The notes under the pieces were generated by a model, which saw nothing but the letters and a program-made list of their open reading frames with translations, did not search any database and was not told the origin of the DNA. 37,100 bases of DNA from a virus. Taxonomy: Duplodnaviria; Caudoviricetes. The DNA is taken from IMG/VR virus record IMGVR_UViG_3300011338_000713, positions 1 through 37,100 of that record. One strand, given 5' to 3'. Below, piece after piece: positions 24,653 to 34,498 of the stretch. A program made the translations under genes and the position numbers. Each line of letters begins with the position of its first letter. Position 1 is the first letter of the stretch.

Positions 24653-27154
24653 ATGACTGCAGCATTAGGAAATACAGCACAAGGAACGCCATTTGCAACA
24701 GGCGTCGACGCATATGTTTACCCACAATTCATTAGCGGAAATCGCGCACCAACTACTCAAGATATTTACCCACCAGGAACAAGAATCCAAGATAATTCTG
24801 TAAATCCAGCTATAATCTACGAAACGATTGGTGGAGGCGTCTGGACGTCTGGAGGAAATAATATAGCCACGACAACAGCACCTGGAATTGTTTATTTAGC
24901 CACATTATCGCAAACAGAATCCGGTGGCGCACCAAGTTCCGCTTATGTTTCATCTGCAAATGATGTTGCTACAGCTTTAGCAGCTGTTGTAGTTGGAGCA
25001 GGAGTACCCGCAACAACATTACAGCAGGGTTATGTTTTTCTTGCGACTAATGCACAAGCTCAAGCAGGATTGCTAACAACAAACTATGCTATAAATCCCG
25101 CATCGCTCGCTTCAGTATTTGCAGTTCCTTTTGCTTTAGGAAGCACAACACCAGCAGCGGTATCTTCAACAGCATTAACATCACTTGGAGCGGTTAGTTT
25201 AAACGCTTCTGGAGTAGATACAACTGCAATTGGTGGATCTTCTGGAGCAATCACAATAACTTCCGGTGCAGGTGGTTTAACAGCTATAGGTGGTGGAAAT
25301 ACAATAAAACTTTTTGATGATGCAGCAGCTAATGTTATTACACTTGGCAGTGTTACAGGAGCAGCTTCATTATCCTTGAGCGTTGGAACAGGTAATTTTT
25401 CACTTGTAACATCTGCTGGAGGTACTTCCACTGTTACAATTGCAGCTGCTAATACAACAGGGGTAATTTCAATTGGTGGTACAGCACAAACAGGTGCCAT
25501 TTCATTAGGAAATAGCTCTGGTGCTAATACTGTAAACGTAGGTATTGGAAATGGTGCAAATACATTAAACCTTTCTACAGGAATTGGTGGAAATACAGTA
25601 CATTTAGCCGATGGTGCTGGAACAAATGTTGTGACAATTGCTAGTGGAGCTTCTGTAAATACAGTAACAATAGGTTCTGTTACATCTACATCAGCCACAA
25701 CAATTTTAGCCGGTACTGGTGGATTTACTCTTAATTTTGCAGCTACAACAGTTGCAGCAATTGGAGCAAGTTTAACAACAGGAACAATAACAATTGGTGG
25801 TACAGCTCAAACAGGATCTATTACTCTAGGTTCAACTTCTGGAGCTAGCCAAAGTATTTTAATTGCTAATGGTTCTGGAGCTACAGGTATTGTTTCAATT
25901 GGTAACGCAACAACTGCAGGTATGACAGTAAATATTGCTTCTGCAGCATCTATTGCTTCGGCAAATGCTGTAAACATAATGACAGGAGCAACACCAGCAG
26001 CTAATCAAACGTTAACAATAATGTCTGGTATTGCTAGTGCAGGTTCGCAATCAATTGCAATATTAGGGGGAGCAAACACAACAGGAACACAAACTTTCGG
26101 TTTGTTTAACGGTGCAATTGCCGGTGCAACAGAAAACCTGAATTTATTTTCCGGTACAATAGCTTCTGGTACATGTACATTTAACTTATTTAATGGAAAC
26201 GCTTCTGGTGGAACATTAGTAGCAAATATTTTTGGTTCTACTGCAGCGACCACAGCCGGAACTGTTAATATTGGAACTGGTGCAGCAGCTCATGCAATAA
26301 ATATGGGTTCTACAAGTTCAGGAAATATTACAGCTACAATTAAATCTACATCAACATTTGCAATTGTAGGTTCAGGCGGAACAATTAATATTGGTCATGA
26401 TGCAGCAGCAAATACAATAGGTATCGGTGATGGTGCAGCAGCTCAATTAGTTACAATCGGTTCAGCAACAGGTGCAGCAGCATTAACTTTAAGATGTGGT
26501 ACAGGAAATTTTGTATTTACTACATCTGCTGGCGGTGCTTCTACCGTTACTATGTTTGCAGCAAATACCACAGGAGTTATCAATATTGGTGGTACCGCAC
26601 AAACTGGAGCAATTACTCTTGGTAACAGTTCAGCTGGGAACACTTTAAATCTTGGTATTGGAAATGGAGCAAATGTAACTAATATTTCAACAGGTGTTGG
26701 CGGTAATACAGTTCATATAGCAGATGGAGCAGGAATTAACACTGTTACAATTGCAAATGGTGCTTCAGCAAATACCGTAACGATTGGTTCAGTTAATACT
26801 ACATCTACAACAGTTATTAACGCTGGTTCTGGTGATGTTAAAGTCACAGGATCTAATTTAAGAATTGCAACAACTGGAAAAGGTTTACAAATCAAATCAG
26901 GTGCAGCAACTGATATGGCAGGAACTGTAACATTGGTGGCAGGAACAGCTACAATATTAAATACTAATATTGCTACTGGAGATAAAATATTCCTCCAACA
27001 TATTGCACCAAATGCTTCGACAGCATTGGGTATTCTTACATATACAATCAGCAACGGTGTAAGTTTTACAGTAACAAGTTTAGGTGTAACAACTGCAACT
27101 GTATTAGTTGCAGACGTATCCGATATAGCTTACTTTATTGTACGACCTTTATAA
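24653..27154 (+). CDS. Large fibre/spike protein with beta-solenoid repeats
   Basis: 833 aa, G/A/T/S-rich; two fibre repeats (ATTTAPGIVYLAT, ATTLQQGYVFLAT); about 11-aa periodic N(T/V)(V/I)xI(G/A) repeats; SD AGGAG. Confidence 0.8.
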   Translation: MTAALGNTAQGTPFATGVDAYVYPQFISGNRAPTTQDIYPPGTRIQDNSVNPAIIYETIGGGVWTSGGNNIATTTAPGIVYLATLSQTESGGAPSSAYVSSANDVATALAAVVVGAGVPATTLQQGYVFLATNAQAQAGLLTTNYAINPASLASVFAVPFALGSTTPAAVSSTALTSLGAVSLNASGVDTTAIGGSSGAITITSGAGGLTAIGGGNTIKLFDDAAANVITLGSVTGAASLSLSVGTGNFSLVTSAGGTSTVTIAAANTTGVISIGGTAQTGAISLGNSSGANTVNVGIGNGANTLNLSTGIGGNTVHLADGAGTNVVTIASGASVNTVTIGSVTSTSATTILAGTGGFTLNFAATTVAAIGASLTTGTITIGGTAQTGSITLGSTSGASQSILIANGSGATGIVSIGNATTAGMTVNIASAASIASANAVNIMTGATPAANQTLTIMSGIASAGSQSIAILGGANTTGTQTFGLFNGAIAGATENLNLFSGTIASGTCTFNLFNGNASGGTLVANIFGSTAATTAGTVNIGTGAAAHAINMGSTSSGNITATIKSTSTFAIVGSGGTINIGHDAAANTIGIGDGAAAQLVTIGSATGAAALTLRCGTGNFVFTTSAGGASTVTMFAANTTGVINIGGTAQTGAITLGNSSAGNTLNLGIGNGANVTNISTGVGGNTVHIADGAGINTVTIANGASANTVTIGSVNTTSTTVINAGSGDVKVTGSNLRIATTGKGLQIKSGAATDMAGTVTLVAGTATILNTNIATGDKIFLQHIAPNASTALGILTYTISNGVSFTVTSLGVTTATVLVADVSDIAYFIVRPL

Positions 27155-27165
27155 TATTAACATTA

Positions 27166-27195
27166 AGGTTCCTAAGACATCTAAATTAGGAACCT
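27166..27195 (+). other. Stem-loop downstream of the fibre gene, no U-tract
   Basis: AGGTTCCTAA(27166-27175)/TTAGGAACCT(27186-27195). Confidence 0.6.
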
Positions 27196-27211
27196 GAAAT
27201 TAGGAGATAGA

Positions 27212-27427
27212 ATGATTAAGCAATTAGCACAACTAGAATGTAAGATTGAAGAAAAAGTATGTCGATTTCTATGTGATAATGATATGCCTTTGGCTCATGT
27301 TAAAGAATGCCTTTGTCAATTTTTAAAATATATCGGTAATATTGAAGATGCTGTATTGAAATCACAAGAATCAGAAAAAAAACCTGTTGAAAATGTAAAT
27401 TCTGAAGAACAACCAAAAAGTGAGTAA
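27212..27427 (+). CDS. Hypothetical protein (possible fibre chaperone)
   Basis: 71 aa; SD AGGAG. Confidence 0.7.
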   Translation: MIKQLAQLECKIEEKVCRFLCDNDMPLAHVKECLCQFLKYIGNIEDAVLKSQESEKKPVENVNSEEQPKSE

Positions 27428-27430
27428 AAT

Positions 27431-27775
27431 ATGTCAAATCCAGAGCAAGATTGGTTTCAGGCGATAGAAGCTAGTCAATTTAATCCCGCAAGTTTAACTG
27501 GAACTTTTCAACCAGTTTTTGCTTCTGGATTCCCAGATAATATTAAAATTATGCACGTTTATAATGGTGCATCTGTTGCAATGGATTATAGCTTAGATGG
27601 TACAACTTTTAACGGAGTGTGGCCTTCTGGAGCAACTTTAATTATTGATTTTCAAACGAATCATCGCGACACTGCTTCTTATGGTTCAGGTACATTAAAC
27701 GGTAGAGCTGGTCAAAATGTATGGGTAAGGACTTGTTCTAATCCCACATATTTAACCATAGGGGGATATAGATGA
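27431..27775 (+). CDS. Hypothetical virion protein
   Basis: 114 aa, beta-rich; ATGA overlap with the next gene. Confidence 0.7.
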   Translation: MSNPEQDWFQAIEASQFNPASLTGTFQPVFASGFPDNIKIMHVYNGASVAMDYSLDGTTFNGVWPSGATLIIDFQTNHRDTASYGSGTLNGRAGQNVWVRTCSNPTYLTIGGYR

Positions 27776-28995
27776 GTCAATTTTATCAAGGAATTGCAGG
27801 TGGAGGCGGAGGAGGATCAGTAATTCAGACAGTAACAGGAAATACTGGCGGACCGATCGCTCCTGTTGCAAATAACATCAATTTATTAGGGCAGGATGGA
27901 ATAACTGTCAACGGTTCTGTTGGTACTGAAATGATAACTCCTCGTGGAAGCGGAACGTTAAACATGTTTCTTGGACAGGGATCAGGCAACCTAACTTTAT
28001 CGGGAAGTGCAAATGTTGGGTATGGTGGTAATAGTTTATTTTCTTTAACGTCTAGTTTAGACAACGTCGCCTGTGGTGTTAACACATTACGTAATTTGAC
28101 AACAGGACAAGGAAGAAATACTGCTGTAGGTGGTTCAGCATTATTTTCATTAATTTCTGGACGGGATTGCGTTGCAATTGGTGCAGCAGCTGCAGAAAAT
28201 AATCTTCAAAATGAAATAGTAGCGATAGGATCGAATGCACTTCTTTCAAATAGCACAGGTTCTCACAATACAGCAATCGGAACAGCTGCATTATCATTAA
28301 ATGTGACTAATAGCAACTCAACTGCTATTGGATATGCAGCGTTAGCTAATGCAATTTCAAGTGGAAACACTGCGACCGGTTATTTTTGTCTAGAAAATTT
28401 AACTAGTGGAAACGGAAGTAATTCAGCTTATGGAAGCAATGTTGGTATTAATTTATTGACAGGATCTTTCAACTGTTTATTTGGAATATCAGCAGGAAAC
28501 AACTACACAAGTTCTGAATCATCGAATATTTTAATAGCAAACTCTGGAAGTGTGGGAGAGTCACATACATTAAAAATTGGAACTCAAGGAAGCGGAAACG
28601 GAGAAGTTAATAAATGTTTTATAGCTGGTATTGTTGGTGCAACTCAAGCAAATCCAGAGCAGGTTTGGATCAATAATGCAACAAATCAATTATTTACATT
28701 TAACGGTATTGTAGGACCATATACAGCAACTCCCGCTAGTTATCAAGTTTTAGCCACTGATTATACAATTGGTGTAACATCAACAGCAGCAGCAAGAACA
28801 ATAACAATGCCAAATTCCGGCATAGCGCAAGGACAAAGTTGGGTTATTAAAGATGAATCTGGTGGTGCAGCAACCAATAACATTACAATTTCCGGTAATG
28901 GTTTTAATATAGATGGTGCTGCTACATTTGTTATCAGCACTAATTATGGTTCCGTTGACATTTACTGGAATGGATCTGCATATTTTATTTTTTAA
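27772..28995 (+). CDS. Tail fibre with YadA-head-like repeats and C-terminal trimerisation-type domain
   Basis: Repeats NTAVGGSAL, CVAIGAAAA, NTAIGTAAL, STAIGYAAL; C-terminal RTITMP...WVIKDESGGAATNNITI...IDG. Confidence 0.75.
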   Translation: MSQFYQGIAGGGGGGSVIQTVTGNTGGPIAPVANNINLLGQDGITVNGSVGTEMITPRGSGTLNMFLGQGSGNLTLSGSANVGYGGNSLFSLTSSLDNVACGVNTLRNLTTGQGRNTAVGGSALFSLISGRDCVAIGAAAAENNLQNEIVAIGSNALLSNSTGSHNTAIGTAALSLNVTNSNSTAIGYAALANAISSGNTATGYFCLENLTSGNGSNSAYGSNVGINLLTGSFNCLFGISAGNNYTSSESSNILIANSGSVGESHTLKIGTQGSGNGEVNKCFIAGIVGATQANPEQVWINNATNQLFTFNGIVGPYTATPASYQVLATDYTIGVTSTAAARTITMPNSGIAQGQSWVIKDESGGAATNNITISGNGFNIDGAATFVISTNYGSVDIYWNGSAYFIF

Positions 28996-29007
28996 ATAGG
29001 ATTTACC

Positions 29008-29901
29008 ATGGCTTATCTTAATACTATAAAAGTCACTACATATAATGTCGCAGATTCTCCAGCTACGTGGACTAAATCTGTTAATTCAAAATTCATACAG
29101 GTTTATGGATGGGGTAGTGGCGGAGGTGGAGGTAGCGGAGCAAAATTAGCTTCTGCTGGATCTAGTGGTGGTGGTGGTGGATCAGCTGGAGGGACATTTT
29201 TTTATGAAGGACCAGCAAGTTCATTTAACTCTACTGAATCAGTTGTTGTTGGAGCAGGAGGATCTGGTGGTGCTTCACAATCCACAAACGGTTCAAATGG
29301 AAACCCTGGAATTATAGGTAATATCTCTAGTTTTGGAAATCTTATAGCTAATGCTGGAAATTTTGGTGCTGCCGGGAATAATTCAACAGCTGCTGGAGGA
29401 ATAGCAACACGATTTGACACATTTAGTACAACAACAACAACAACAGGCAATAGTGGCGGCATTGGATCGACTACAACAGGTGGAAATGGTACACAAACTG
29501 GTAATACTGGCCCACTGTTATCAGGAACAGGCGGTGGTGGTGGTGCTGGTGGAAATTCTACTTTAATAAGAGTTGGTGGAGCTTCAGGAATTGTTTCTAA
29601 TCGTATACCTACAACGATGTTTGCTGGATCAATTGGTGGAACCGAATCTGGTCCGAACATTGATGGAGCAAATGGGTTATTACCAACAACCGGTGGAATA
29701 ACATTGGGTGGTTCTGGTGGCGGTGGTGGTGGTGGTTATAGCACAGGCGCATTAGGAAACACCACTGGTGGAAAGGGAGGTAATGGAGCTATTCGCGGAG
29801 GTGGTGGTGGAGGCGGTGGTGGTGGAATAACTACTGTTGCAGATTCTGGTGCCGGAGGAAATGGTGGTGATGGGCAAATTATCGTTGTGGAATATTTTTA
29901 G
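29008..29901 (+). CDS. Glycine-rich adhesin / fibre-tip protein
   Basis: Multiple poly-Gly tracts, VYGWGSGGGGG start and GGNGGDGQIIVVEYF end. Confidence 0.75.
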   Translation: MAYLNTIKVTTYNVADSPATWTKSVNSKFIQVYGWGSGGGGGSGAKLASAGSSGGGGGSAGGTFFYEGPASSFNSTESVVVGAGGSGGASQSTNGSNGNPGIIGNISSFGNLIANAGNFGAAGNNSTAAGGIATRFDTFSTTTTTTGNSGGIGSTTTGGNGTQTGNTGPLLSGTGGGGGAGGNSTLIRVGGASGIVSNRIPTTMFAGSIGGTESGPNIDGANGLLPTTGGITLGGSGGGGGGGYSTGALGNTTGGKGGNGAIRGGGGGGGGGGITTVADSGAGGNGGDGQIIVVEYF

Positions 29902-29910
29902 AGAAATTAT

Positions 29911-30069
29911 ATGAATCCAATATCACCAATTGCAGAAATAAAGGACGTGAAATTTGAGTTACATAATGACAATTCATGTAACTCAAAATGGTGCATTCCT
30001 CTAAGTCCAAAAACCAAAAGGGATGCAACAGATGAAAAAGTTTCAAAAACTTCGTGTAATATTATTTAA
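29911..30069 (+). CDS. 52-aa peptide ending in a CaaX-like motif (CNII)
   Basis: MNPISPIAEIKDVKFELHNDNSCNSKWCIPLSPKTKRDATDEKVSKTSCNII; fills the gap between convergent operons; weak SD AGAG. Confidence 0.55.
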   Translation: MNPISPIAEIKDVKFELHNDNSCNSKWCIPLSPKTKRDATDEKVSKTSCNII

Positions 30070-30074
30070 AGTAA

Positions 30075-30425
30075 TTAAACACTTTCTACGCGACCAGAGC
30101 TATCAACAATGTAATTACCATTTTTCTTAACTTCGACGCAACCTTGATAACCTGATAAATCAATGTTATATTCATCTGAACAAGTCATGCAATCAACATC
30201 ATGAATAACGGTAAATTGAGCTGTTCTCTTGCACATCATTAAAATATAATCATGCCCTTTATGATGAATATGTTTAATTCTGATTCCATATTGATCGAAT
30301 TCAGAACGATCATCTTTTACATGTGTTGATTTAACACAAAAAGGATCGAAATCAACGTTATTTTCCATTGAAAAACACTGTGAAAATGTTACAATTCCTA
30401 ACATTGCTAAAGCTAAAATTCTCAT
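30075..30425 (-). CDS. Putative secreted protein
   Basis: Signal-peptide-like N-terminus MRILALAMLGIVTFSQCFS; SD AAGGAG. Confidence 0.7.
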   Translation of the reverse strand: MRILALAMLGIVTFSQCFSMENNVDFDPFCVKSTHVKDDRSEFDQYGIRIKHIHHKGHDYILMMCKRTAQFTVIHDVDCMTCSDEYNIDLSGYQGCVEVKKNGNYIVDSSGRVESV

Positions 30426-30427
30426 TT

Positions 30428-30751
30428 TTACTCCTTTTTATCTGTTTGTTTAATTTTTTCCATTCTTTGATTATATTCATCAATAGATATTACACCTATT
30501 GAAAAAACAGCTTTAGATTCTGCGGGTATATAAGCAAAATAAGGATCTGAAAAAGCGTAATCATATTTAAAGCAATTCATAAAATCTTTAGTGACCTTAC
30601 TTGAAAAGTTAAGTAAATCTGATAATGATGGATTTTCAATATTTATAACTGTTAAATCTATGCCTTTAACAGTTATTTCTATTTTATTTTTAACCATCCA
30701 ATTTATTGGAATATATTTAATACAATCATTATCATCATCGTTATAATTCAT
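30428..30751 (-). CDS. Hypothetical protein
   Basis: 107 aa; coupled to neighbours. Confidence 0.7.
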   Translation of the reverse strand: MNYNDDDNDCIKYIPINWMVKNKIEITVKGIDLTVINIENPSLSDLLNFSSKVTKDFMNCFKYDYAFSDPYFAYIPAESKAVFSIGVISIDEYNQRMEKIKQTDKKE

Positions 30752-30954
30752 TTTTTAATATTTTTGTTAAATCTTTCAATTTCAGAATCAACATGATCGC
30801 TAAATTCTTTTTTCAAAACATCTAAATTTATTCTCATTTGTTTTGATACATCTTCAAATGAAGGTGTGTAAGTAGGAATTGTATTATTGTATTTACACAG
30901 AATAAATTTCCTTTCTAAAAGATTAAAATCTTCTTCAATATAATTTCCACTCAT
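30748..30954 (-). CDS. Hypothetical protein
   Basis: 68 aa; SD AGGAG. Confidence 0.7.
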   Translation of the reverse strand: MSGNYIEEDFNLLERKFILCKYNNTIPTYTPSFEDVSKQMRINLDVLKKEFSDHVDSEIERFNKNIKK

Positions 30955-31067
30955 TACATACTCCTAAAATTATCATGACCTGATTTATAATCAGCTACCC
31001 TTTCTTCACCTTTACTTAAACTAAAAAATCTAAATATCGCATTGATTAATCTTCTCATTTTATTTCC

Positions 31068-31388
31068 TTATTCTTCTTGTTCTAATTCAACTGAATTCAT
31101 TACAGTTTCCATTTTTGACCACAAATTCTTAAAGTTAGTATTAATTCTTACTAATTCACCAGCATGAAAATGAGCAAAACGAGATAGTAAATATACGGTT
31201 CTAATTATTCTTATATTAACAGTGTTATCTTTTCCGACTTGTTTCTCTACCCAATCATCACCATCCTCAAAATGGTATAATTCAATTATTGGTAAAACAT
31301 CCTTAAAAAAAACATTTAGTTTTTCTAAATCGTACATTTCCATAAACTTATTGATTTGTAATTCTAAATCTTCTTTTTTATGTTTCAT
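31068..31388 (-). CDS. Hypothetical protein
   Basis: 106 aa; SD GGAG; ATGA overlap. Confidence 0.7.
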   Translation of the reverse strand: MKHKKEDLELQINKFMEMYDLEKLNVFFKDVLPIIELYHFEDGDDWVEKQVGKDNTVNIRIIRTVYLLSRFAHFHAGELVRINTNFKNLWSKMETVMNSVELEQEE

Positions 31389-31609
31389 TCTCTCCAGAGT
31401 CCTCTAGAAAATTTATTAATTTTTTCATTCATTACTTTCATCGTTTCGGGAAATTGCTTTTTACAAACTCCGCATGATACAGATGTTACATGTTTACCTA
31501 ACAAATCATCTGCAATTGTGCATTTTAACTCAACTAAACATCCACACCCTTCACGTAAAGTTTCTGCGTAATCAGTTGCTAAAGTGTTGTAAAAATTATA
31601 ATTAATCAT
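31385..31609 (-). CDS. Small Cys-rich protein
   Basis: CGC and CGVC motifs; SD GAGGA. Confidence 0.65.
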   Translation of the reverse strand: MINYNFYNTLATDYAETLREGCGCLVELKCTIADDLLGKHVTSVSCGVCKKQFPETMKVMNEKINKFSRGLWRE

Positions 31610-31714
31610 TTTTCCTCAAAAATTAGTGTACCAGGATAATTCATCACCTTTTTTCTAACCATGAATATAATAACATGCCAATTATTAACATACTTAATAA
31701 ATAGAAAACTATAT

Positions 31715-31915
31715 TCATTTATTGATCCATTGTTTTAAACAAACCAAACCGCAAAAATATTTAGTTCTATTAATTGGTGGTAAAATAAGGATATCTAAAG
31801 TAACACTTCCAACATACGGACATGTTTCACAAGACAAAACTAATCTATGTACTGTAACACAATCACTATTTGTAAGATCGCAATTACAATTATCACAATT
31901 ATAATTAATCGCCAT
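31715..31915 (-). CDS. Small zinc-finger-like protein
   Basis: YNCDNC...FCGLVCLKQW; SD GAAGGA. Confidence 0.7.
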   Translation of the reverse strand: MAINYNCDNCNCDLTNSDCVTVHRLVLSCETCPYVGSVTLDILILPPINRTKYFCGLVCLKQWINK

Positions 31916-31955
31916 TTTTCATTTCCTTCAAATATTTTTCTATGTTTAGCTAAAT

Positions 31956-32366
31956 CTAATTATCAAAAAAAATCACTAATCTTACATTTTTTTCTTCTTC
32001 TTTGCTTAAAAAACCTAGTGAACTTATAATCCGTGGTAATACATATTCATGAAAAATAGGAAAATACGAATTGTCCAATTCAACAGATTGCCAATCACAA
32101 TTATTTATTTCATAAAGAGAGGCATAAGTTCTAGAATGATAATCACAATCTTGAAATTCATATTTTAATGTGAAATCACTTGGAAATCCTCTTCCTGCAA
32201 ACTGTGGTATTATATTAAAACCATTTCTAACATTTGCTAAAAAAGCAAATAATTTATAATTCCTATCATCTGGTATTATATTTCTGTCTATATATAAAGA
32301 ACCCCAAAATCCATATCTATCTTTAATCTCATACGTTAAATGAATATCACATCCCATTTTTCCCAT
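31956..32366 (-). CDS. Conserved phage hypothetical (MGCDIH-type N-terminus)
   Basis: MGCDIH...RNYKLFAFLANVRN...RGFPSD...VRLVIFFDN; likely start at the second Met (32357). Confidence 0.75.
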   Translation of the reverse strand: MGKMGCDIHLTYEIKDRYGFWGSLYIDRNIIPDDRNYKLFAFLANVRNGFNIIPQFAGRGFPSDFTLKYEFQDCDYHSRTYASLYEINNCDWQSVELDNSYFPIFHEYVLPRIISSLGFLSKEEEKNVRLVIFFDN

Positions 32367-32568
32367 CCTTAATATACTTTTCTAACACCCACAATTTGTG
32401 TTCTAATTCCGAAATTCTTTTTTCTTGTTCACAAAAAGATTTACCTACTTTATTAATTGCAGCGAAAGTTCCACGACGAACTTTATTAGCAGATTCATCT
32501 ACACGATTAATCTCTCTGCGTAATTCTGTCATTTCATCAATCGGAAAAAATTCAAGTTGTGTGTACAT
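32347..32568 (-). CDS. Small coiled-coil hypothetical protein
   Basis: 73 aa; QLEFF N-terminus; coupled. Confidence 0.7.
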   Translation of the reverse strand: MYTQLEFFPIDEMTELRREINRVDESANKVRRGTFAAINKVGKSFCEQEKRISELEHKLWVLEKYIKDGKNGM

Positions 32569-32759
32569 TATTTCCTATCATATTCTAAATGTAAGTAACA
32601 AATATATTCTTTTGATTTTTCATAACAATTGTCACATAAAAAAGTTCCAATTTTATTTGGATATTGTTTTAAAAAAGATTTTTTAAATGATTCACATTCA
32701 AGACATTTTTCGTTATAATTCTCGTCTATTTCATTCATCTTTATCCTTATATTTATCAA
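32568..32759 (-). CDS. Small CxxC protein
   Basis: CLEC and CDNC; real start probably the second Met. Confidence 0.6.
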   Translation of the reverse strand: MINIRIKMNEIDENYNEKCLECESFKKSFLKQYPNKIGTFLCDNCYEKSKEYICYLHLEYDRK

Positions 32760-33597
32760 TCTTCCAAAATTTAACAGGCTTTTGTCGATAATCTTGTATA
32801 TTCGTTATTCCATAATCTGCTATTAATCGTTTCATATCAACAGCACCAGACCTCACAACTTCGTTTATTTTACATCCCATCGATATAGTTGGCTTATTTG
32901 TCATTTTGATTAATTCGTCTTTGCTACGAGCTTCTAAATCAGCCCAGAACTTTGCTTTTTCTTTGTTGTTAAGATAAACCATCAACTTTTCAGTGTATTC
33001 GCTATCATTACGATTATCATAATCATCATATTTAGATGGCGGTTCGATGCAATTCGTAACATAGTACCAGAATTTTTCTTCAGCTTCCAACAGTTTTTCA
33101 ATATATGCATCATCTCGACGAACTTCGATTATTTTAGCTTTTGGAACTCCATTATATTCAACATAAGACATGTAAAATGTTTTATATGGTCTCACAACTT
33201 CACATTGATGCATCAATTGAGGAAAATAATAGTCTTTAACTTCATTATGTAACTCTTTTTCGGGACATTTAATTTCCAGTACTATGTTATTATCTTCGTT
33301 GTATCCATCTAAAGAAGCCATCATATAACTGATATTTTTATGTTTCTTAACAACAGGCTTAAAAGGTATGCCTAATTCTCTTTCAGCAAACAATAATGCA
33401 GGATCTTCCAGTCTTATTCCGCGTTCTGTGTGATGATTGCCTTTGAAACATTCTTTAAGTCCTAGTTTTTCAAGCCATAGATCACGTATTGTTTTTTCAA
33501 AACCAAATCCCATAATTACGCCAGCATCAGAACTTCCAATATGACGTGATCTCATTTCGTGCCATTCGTTACTTCTCTGTTCCATTTTGTACCCCAT
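32731..33597 (-). CDS. YqaJ / lambda-type exonuclease
   Basis: EQRSNEWHEMRSRHIGSSD, RGIRLED, MMASLDG, VLEIKCP, YFPQLMHQ; likely start 33585. Confidence 0.92.
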   Translation of the reverse strand: MGYKMEQRSNEWHEMRSRHIGSSDAGVIMGFGFEKTIRDLWLEKLGLKECFKGNHHTERGIRLEDPALLFAERELGIPFKPVVKKHKNISYMMASLDGYNEDNNIVLEIKCPEKELHNEVKDYYFPQLMHQCEVVRPYKTFYMSYVEYNGVPKAKIIEVRRDDAYIEKLLEAEEKFWYYVTNCIEPPSKYDDYDNRNDSEYTEKLMVYLNNKEKAKFWADLEARSKDELIKMTNKPTISMGCKINEVVRSGAVDMKRLIADYGITNIQDYRQKPVKFWKIDKYKDKDE

Positions 33598-33793
33598 ATT
33601 TTTTTTCTAGTTTTTTTATATATTTCCAATATGTAGGATTTCTATATGCATGTTGATAAATAAAACCATATCCGTCATAAAAACAAGTTCCAATTAATCC
33701 ATTTTTTCTATCATTACACACAAAATAATAGTCGTTAAAAGGTGGTAGTTCGTTTTCAGTTAAAATCCAATCATCTTCACTATTCTGTTCCAT
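33569..33793 (-). CDS. DUF551-like small protein
   Basis: WILTENELP...YFVC...TYWKYI pattern; ATG 33793 after GAGGA. Confidence 0.6.
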   Translation of the reverse strand: MEQNSEDDWILTENELPPFNDYYFVCNDRKNGLIGTCFYDGYGFIYQHAYRNPTYWKYIKKLEKKYGVQNGTEK

Positions 33794-34064
33794 TAGTTTC
33801 TTCCTCAAAAGCTTCAATCGATTCCTTTACATAATTTAAAATTGCTTTTTTCATGTCTTCTTTTTTATCGTCTGCATTTTCCAAAAAACAAAAAACAAAA
33901 ACTTTTATTGAAACTTTTGTGAGTACACCTTCAGAAACCATTAATTCCTGGGATTTTTGTTGAATAAAGTTGAAAAGTTCAAAAGAAAACTTCTTTTGTA
34001 ATTCATAATCATCTAAAAAATCGATTGTATTCTGAGCTATTAAACTATTTTTTTCTAAAAACAT
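33780..34064 (-). CDS. Hypothetical protein
   Basis: 94 aa; SD AGGT. Confidence 0.65.
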   Translation of the reverse strand: MFLEKNSLIAQNTIDFLDDYELQKKFSFELFNFIQQKSQELMVSEGVLTKVSIKVFVFCFLENADDKKEDMKKAILNYVKESIEAFEEETNGTE

Positions 34065-34071
34065 GTTTTAC

Positions 34072-34236
34072 CTATTCCTTTTTCCCATTATTTTCATTAA
34101 ATAATCTATCGTGATTCATTTTATTAATTAAAATGCGTTCATCTTTATTTAAACCTGTTTCATAATCACTGCTATTTATTAAATACTTTTTATAATTCTC
34201 TTGTGTTATTTCACATCCATTTTTATCTATGAACAT
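34072..34236 (-). CDS. 54-aa hypothetical protein
   Basis: MFIDKNGCEITQENYKKYL...NGKKE; SD AGGT; fills the gap; not in the ORF track. Confidence 0.55.
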   Translation of the reverse strand: MFIDKNGCEITQENYKKYLINSSDYETGLNKDERILINKMNHDRLFNENNGKKE

Positions 34237-34409
34237 TTTTTACCTATATTTATTTTTTCCTTAGGAGACATCCAAAGTTTTTTCAAATTTTCAACACTTA
34301 AACCAGTAAGACATGCTGAACAAACTTTTTTTCCATTTTCATCAATTCTATCTATGTAAAGCCTACCGCATTCACATAATTCTGGCGTATTTATTATTGT
34401 TTTTATCAT
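34227..34409 (-). CDS. Small zinc-finger-like protein
   Basis: CECG...CSAC; SD AGGA. Confidence 0.65.
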   Translation of the reverse strand: MIKTIINTPELCECGRLYIDRIDENGKKVCSACLTGLSVENLKKLWMSPKEKINIGKKCS

Positions 34410-34451
34410 ATTTTATCCTAAAATTTACCCTATATTTCATGCAATTAATAA

Positions 34452-34494
34452 AGGATTGGTTTGAAACCCTACAACAAACCAACCCTATTTTTTT
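34452..34494. terminator. Hairpin downstream of the SSB gene
   Basis: AGGATTGGTTTG/CAAACCAACCCT imperfect stem flanked by A/T tracts. Confidence 0.5.
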
Positions 34495-34498
34495 ATTA

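Noticed and set aside
25084-29660. Long minus-strand ORFs opposite the fibre genes (e.g. 25084-25698, 26713-27054, 29202-29660)
   Set aside because: Shadow frames produced by Gly/Ala/Thr codon repetition; no RBS or motifs.
19840-29901. Diversity-generating retroelement or invertible fibre cassette
   Set aside because: No reverse transcriptase or invertase, and no near-identical template/variable repeat pair seen.
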